Shown one piece after another: positions 37,476 to 38,741 of a stretch of 38,741 nucleotides of DNA (its first letter is position 1; every line of letters starts with the position of its first letter). This stretch comes from a virus (lineage: Duplodnaviria; Caudoviricetes). The stretch covers positions 1-38,741 of IMG/VR virus record IMGVR_UViG_3300024996_000135, one strand, 5' to 3'. A program made the translations under genes and the position numbers. The notes beneath the pieces were generated by a model. The model worked only from the letters and a program-made list of their open reading frames with translations, searched no databases and had not been told where the DNA came from.

Positions 37476-38228
37476 ATGTCACAAGCTGGTTTAAATTTAA
37501 AATACCTGCGCAAATTGCGTGGATGGACACAAGAAGAATTTGCACAAAGATTAGGCATTAAGCGATCCCTGGTAGGCGCTTATGAAGAAGAAAGAGCAGA
37601 CCCCCGCTTAGATGTGCTTGAAATAATCGCCGATATGTTTAAGCTTACGCTGGATGAACTTTTACTAAAAGATTTAAACAACCAGGGAGGCAGTTACCTG
37701 CAAAAACGCAGGCAACAAAAGATGGCTACGGCCGATAGAAATCTCATCCACTTTGTTCCTGTAAAAGCAGCTGCAGGTTATTTAACCAGTTATGCCGATA
37801 GTGAATTTATTGATGAGCTGAATACCTTTACCCTACCCATGCTAAGTGGTGGCCATTACCGGGCATTTGAAATTGTGGGAGACAGTATGATGCCAACCCC
37901 CAGCGGTAGCGTTATAGTAGGTGAAAAAATAAACGGTATTGAGGATGTAAAAAATGATATGGCTTATATTGTAGTAAGCCGCAATGAAGGAATTGTATAT
38001 AAACGCATCGTAAAAAATAACCGGTCCAAAGCAAAAGTTACATTGGTAAGTGATAATCCCAGTTACCAGCCCTATCAAATAAATACTGAAGATATTGTAG
38101 AACTTTGGCAGGCACAGGTTGTTATTGGCAAGGTACCTACCCAACAACGCTGGGATGTGAATAGCTTAGCCAGCCTTGTAAATAATTTACATAACCAGGT
38201 AACAACTTTAAAAAAGAAAATGAATTAA
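37476..38228 (+). CDS. host XRE-HTH plus S24 peptidase repressor (non-canonical Bacteroidetes LexA-like)
   Basis: ATG at 37476; HTH, AAG cleavage site, GDSM, KR and LVSDN motifs; upstream palindromic boxes. Confidence 0.85.
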   Translation: MSQAGLNLKYLRKLRGWTQEEFAQRLGIKRSLVGAYEEERADPRLDVLEIIADMFKLTLDELLLKDLNNQGGSYLQKRRQQKMATADRNLIHFVPVKAAAGYLTSYADSEFIDELNTFTLPMLSGGHYRAFEIVGDSMMPTPSGSVIVGEKINGIEDVKNDMAYIVVSRNEGIVYKRIVKNNRSKAKVTLVSDNPSYQPYQINTEDIVELWQAQVVIGKVPTQQRWDVNSLASLVNNLHNQVTTLKKKMN

Positions 38229-38303
38229 TACCCCGTTCAAAAACCTTATTCACTAATTTTAGCAAACAGATACATCGATTCATAACATTTAAAAATTACA
38301 ATT

Positions 38304-38741
38304 ATGATTAAGTTACAAGTCATCGGGAACCTGGGAGCCGACTGCATTCAAAAAGAAGTAAACGGAAAAAACGTAATCAATTTTAATGTGGCCCACAGCG
38401 AAAAATTTAAAGATTCTCATGGCAATTTAAAAGAGCGTACCATTTGGGTAAACTGTGCTTACTGGACTGACCGTACCGCCATTGCACAATACCTCACCAA
38501 AGGGAAAACCGTATATGCCGAAGGCACACCGGATACCGATGCTTATACAAATAAAGACGGGCAGATAGCTGCTACCTTACGTATGCGTGTGCAAAACATT
38601 CAATTATTGGGTGGCGCCGATTCTAATGGCAGCAACCAGGGCAATGTATCCCATGCCGGAAGCACCCCCTCGCCTACCGTAAGAACACAGCCGGAAACAA
38701 CCCCTTCTACAGTGGCAGCCGACGATGACCTGCCGTTTTAA
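38304..38741 (+). CDS. ssb: single-stranded DNA-binding protein
   Basis: IGNLGAD OB fold and acidic C-terminus DDDLPF. Confidence 0.95.
   Translation: MIKLQVIGNLGADCIQKEVNGKNVINFNVAHSEKFKDSHGNLKERTIWVNCAYWTDRTAIAQYLTKGKTVYAEGTPDTDAYTNKDGQIAATLRMRVQNIQLLGGADSNGSNQGNVSHAGSTPSPTVRTQPETTPSTVAADDDLPF

Noticed and set aside
37476-38228. Prophage CI repressor
   Set aside because: It lies beyond the inferred right end next to ssb. A Mu-type repressor is expected left of the ner-like gene, outside the window.

Overview
Positions 1 to about 37391 hold a nearly complete Mu-like (transposable), contractile-tailed prophage of a Bacteroidetes host, probably Chitinophagaceae-like. The left end and repressor lie upstream of the window. 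Gene order: ner-like gene, DDE transposase, MuB-like ATPase, early accessory genes with a C5 methyltransferase, an antirepressor cassette, an inverted head-packaging block (terminases, portal, MuF), protease and capsid, lysis genes, tail and baseplate, three signal-peptide cargo genes and a D12 adenine methyltransferase. The probable right end is followed by host genes for a non-canonical LexA-like repressor and SSB. The best lead is at 12280-12355. The MuF head protein carries a C-terminal PBECR2-type nuclease domain and has no protein immunity gene. Directly behind it, on the opposite strand, lies a promoter-hairpin-U-tract unit whose apical loop (CU-UCC-AA) copies the tRNA-Gly(UCC) anticodon loop. 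This is a candidate tRNA-mimic RNA antitoxin. Other leads are two C4-like structured RNAs, a capsid protein with a membrane leader, and Sec/T9SS-signal hydrolases wired into the late operon. All assignments come from motifs and gene order read by eye; no searches or folding programs were run.
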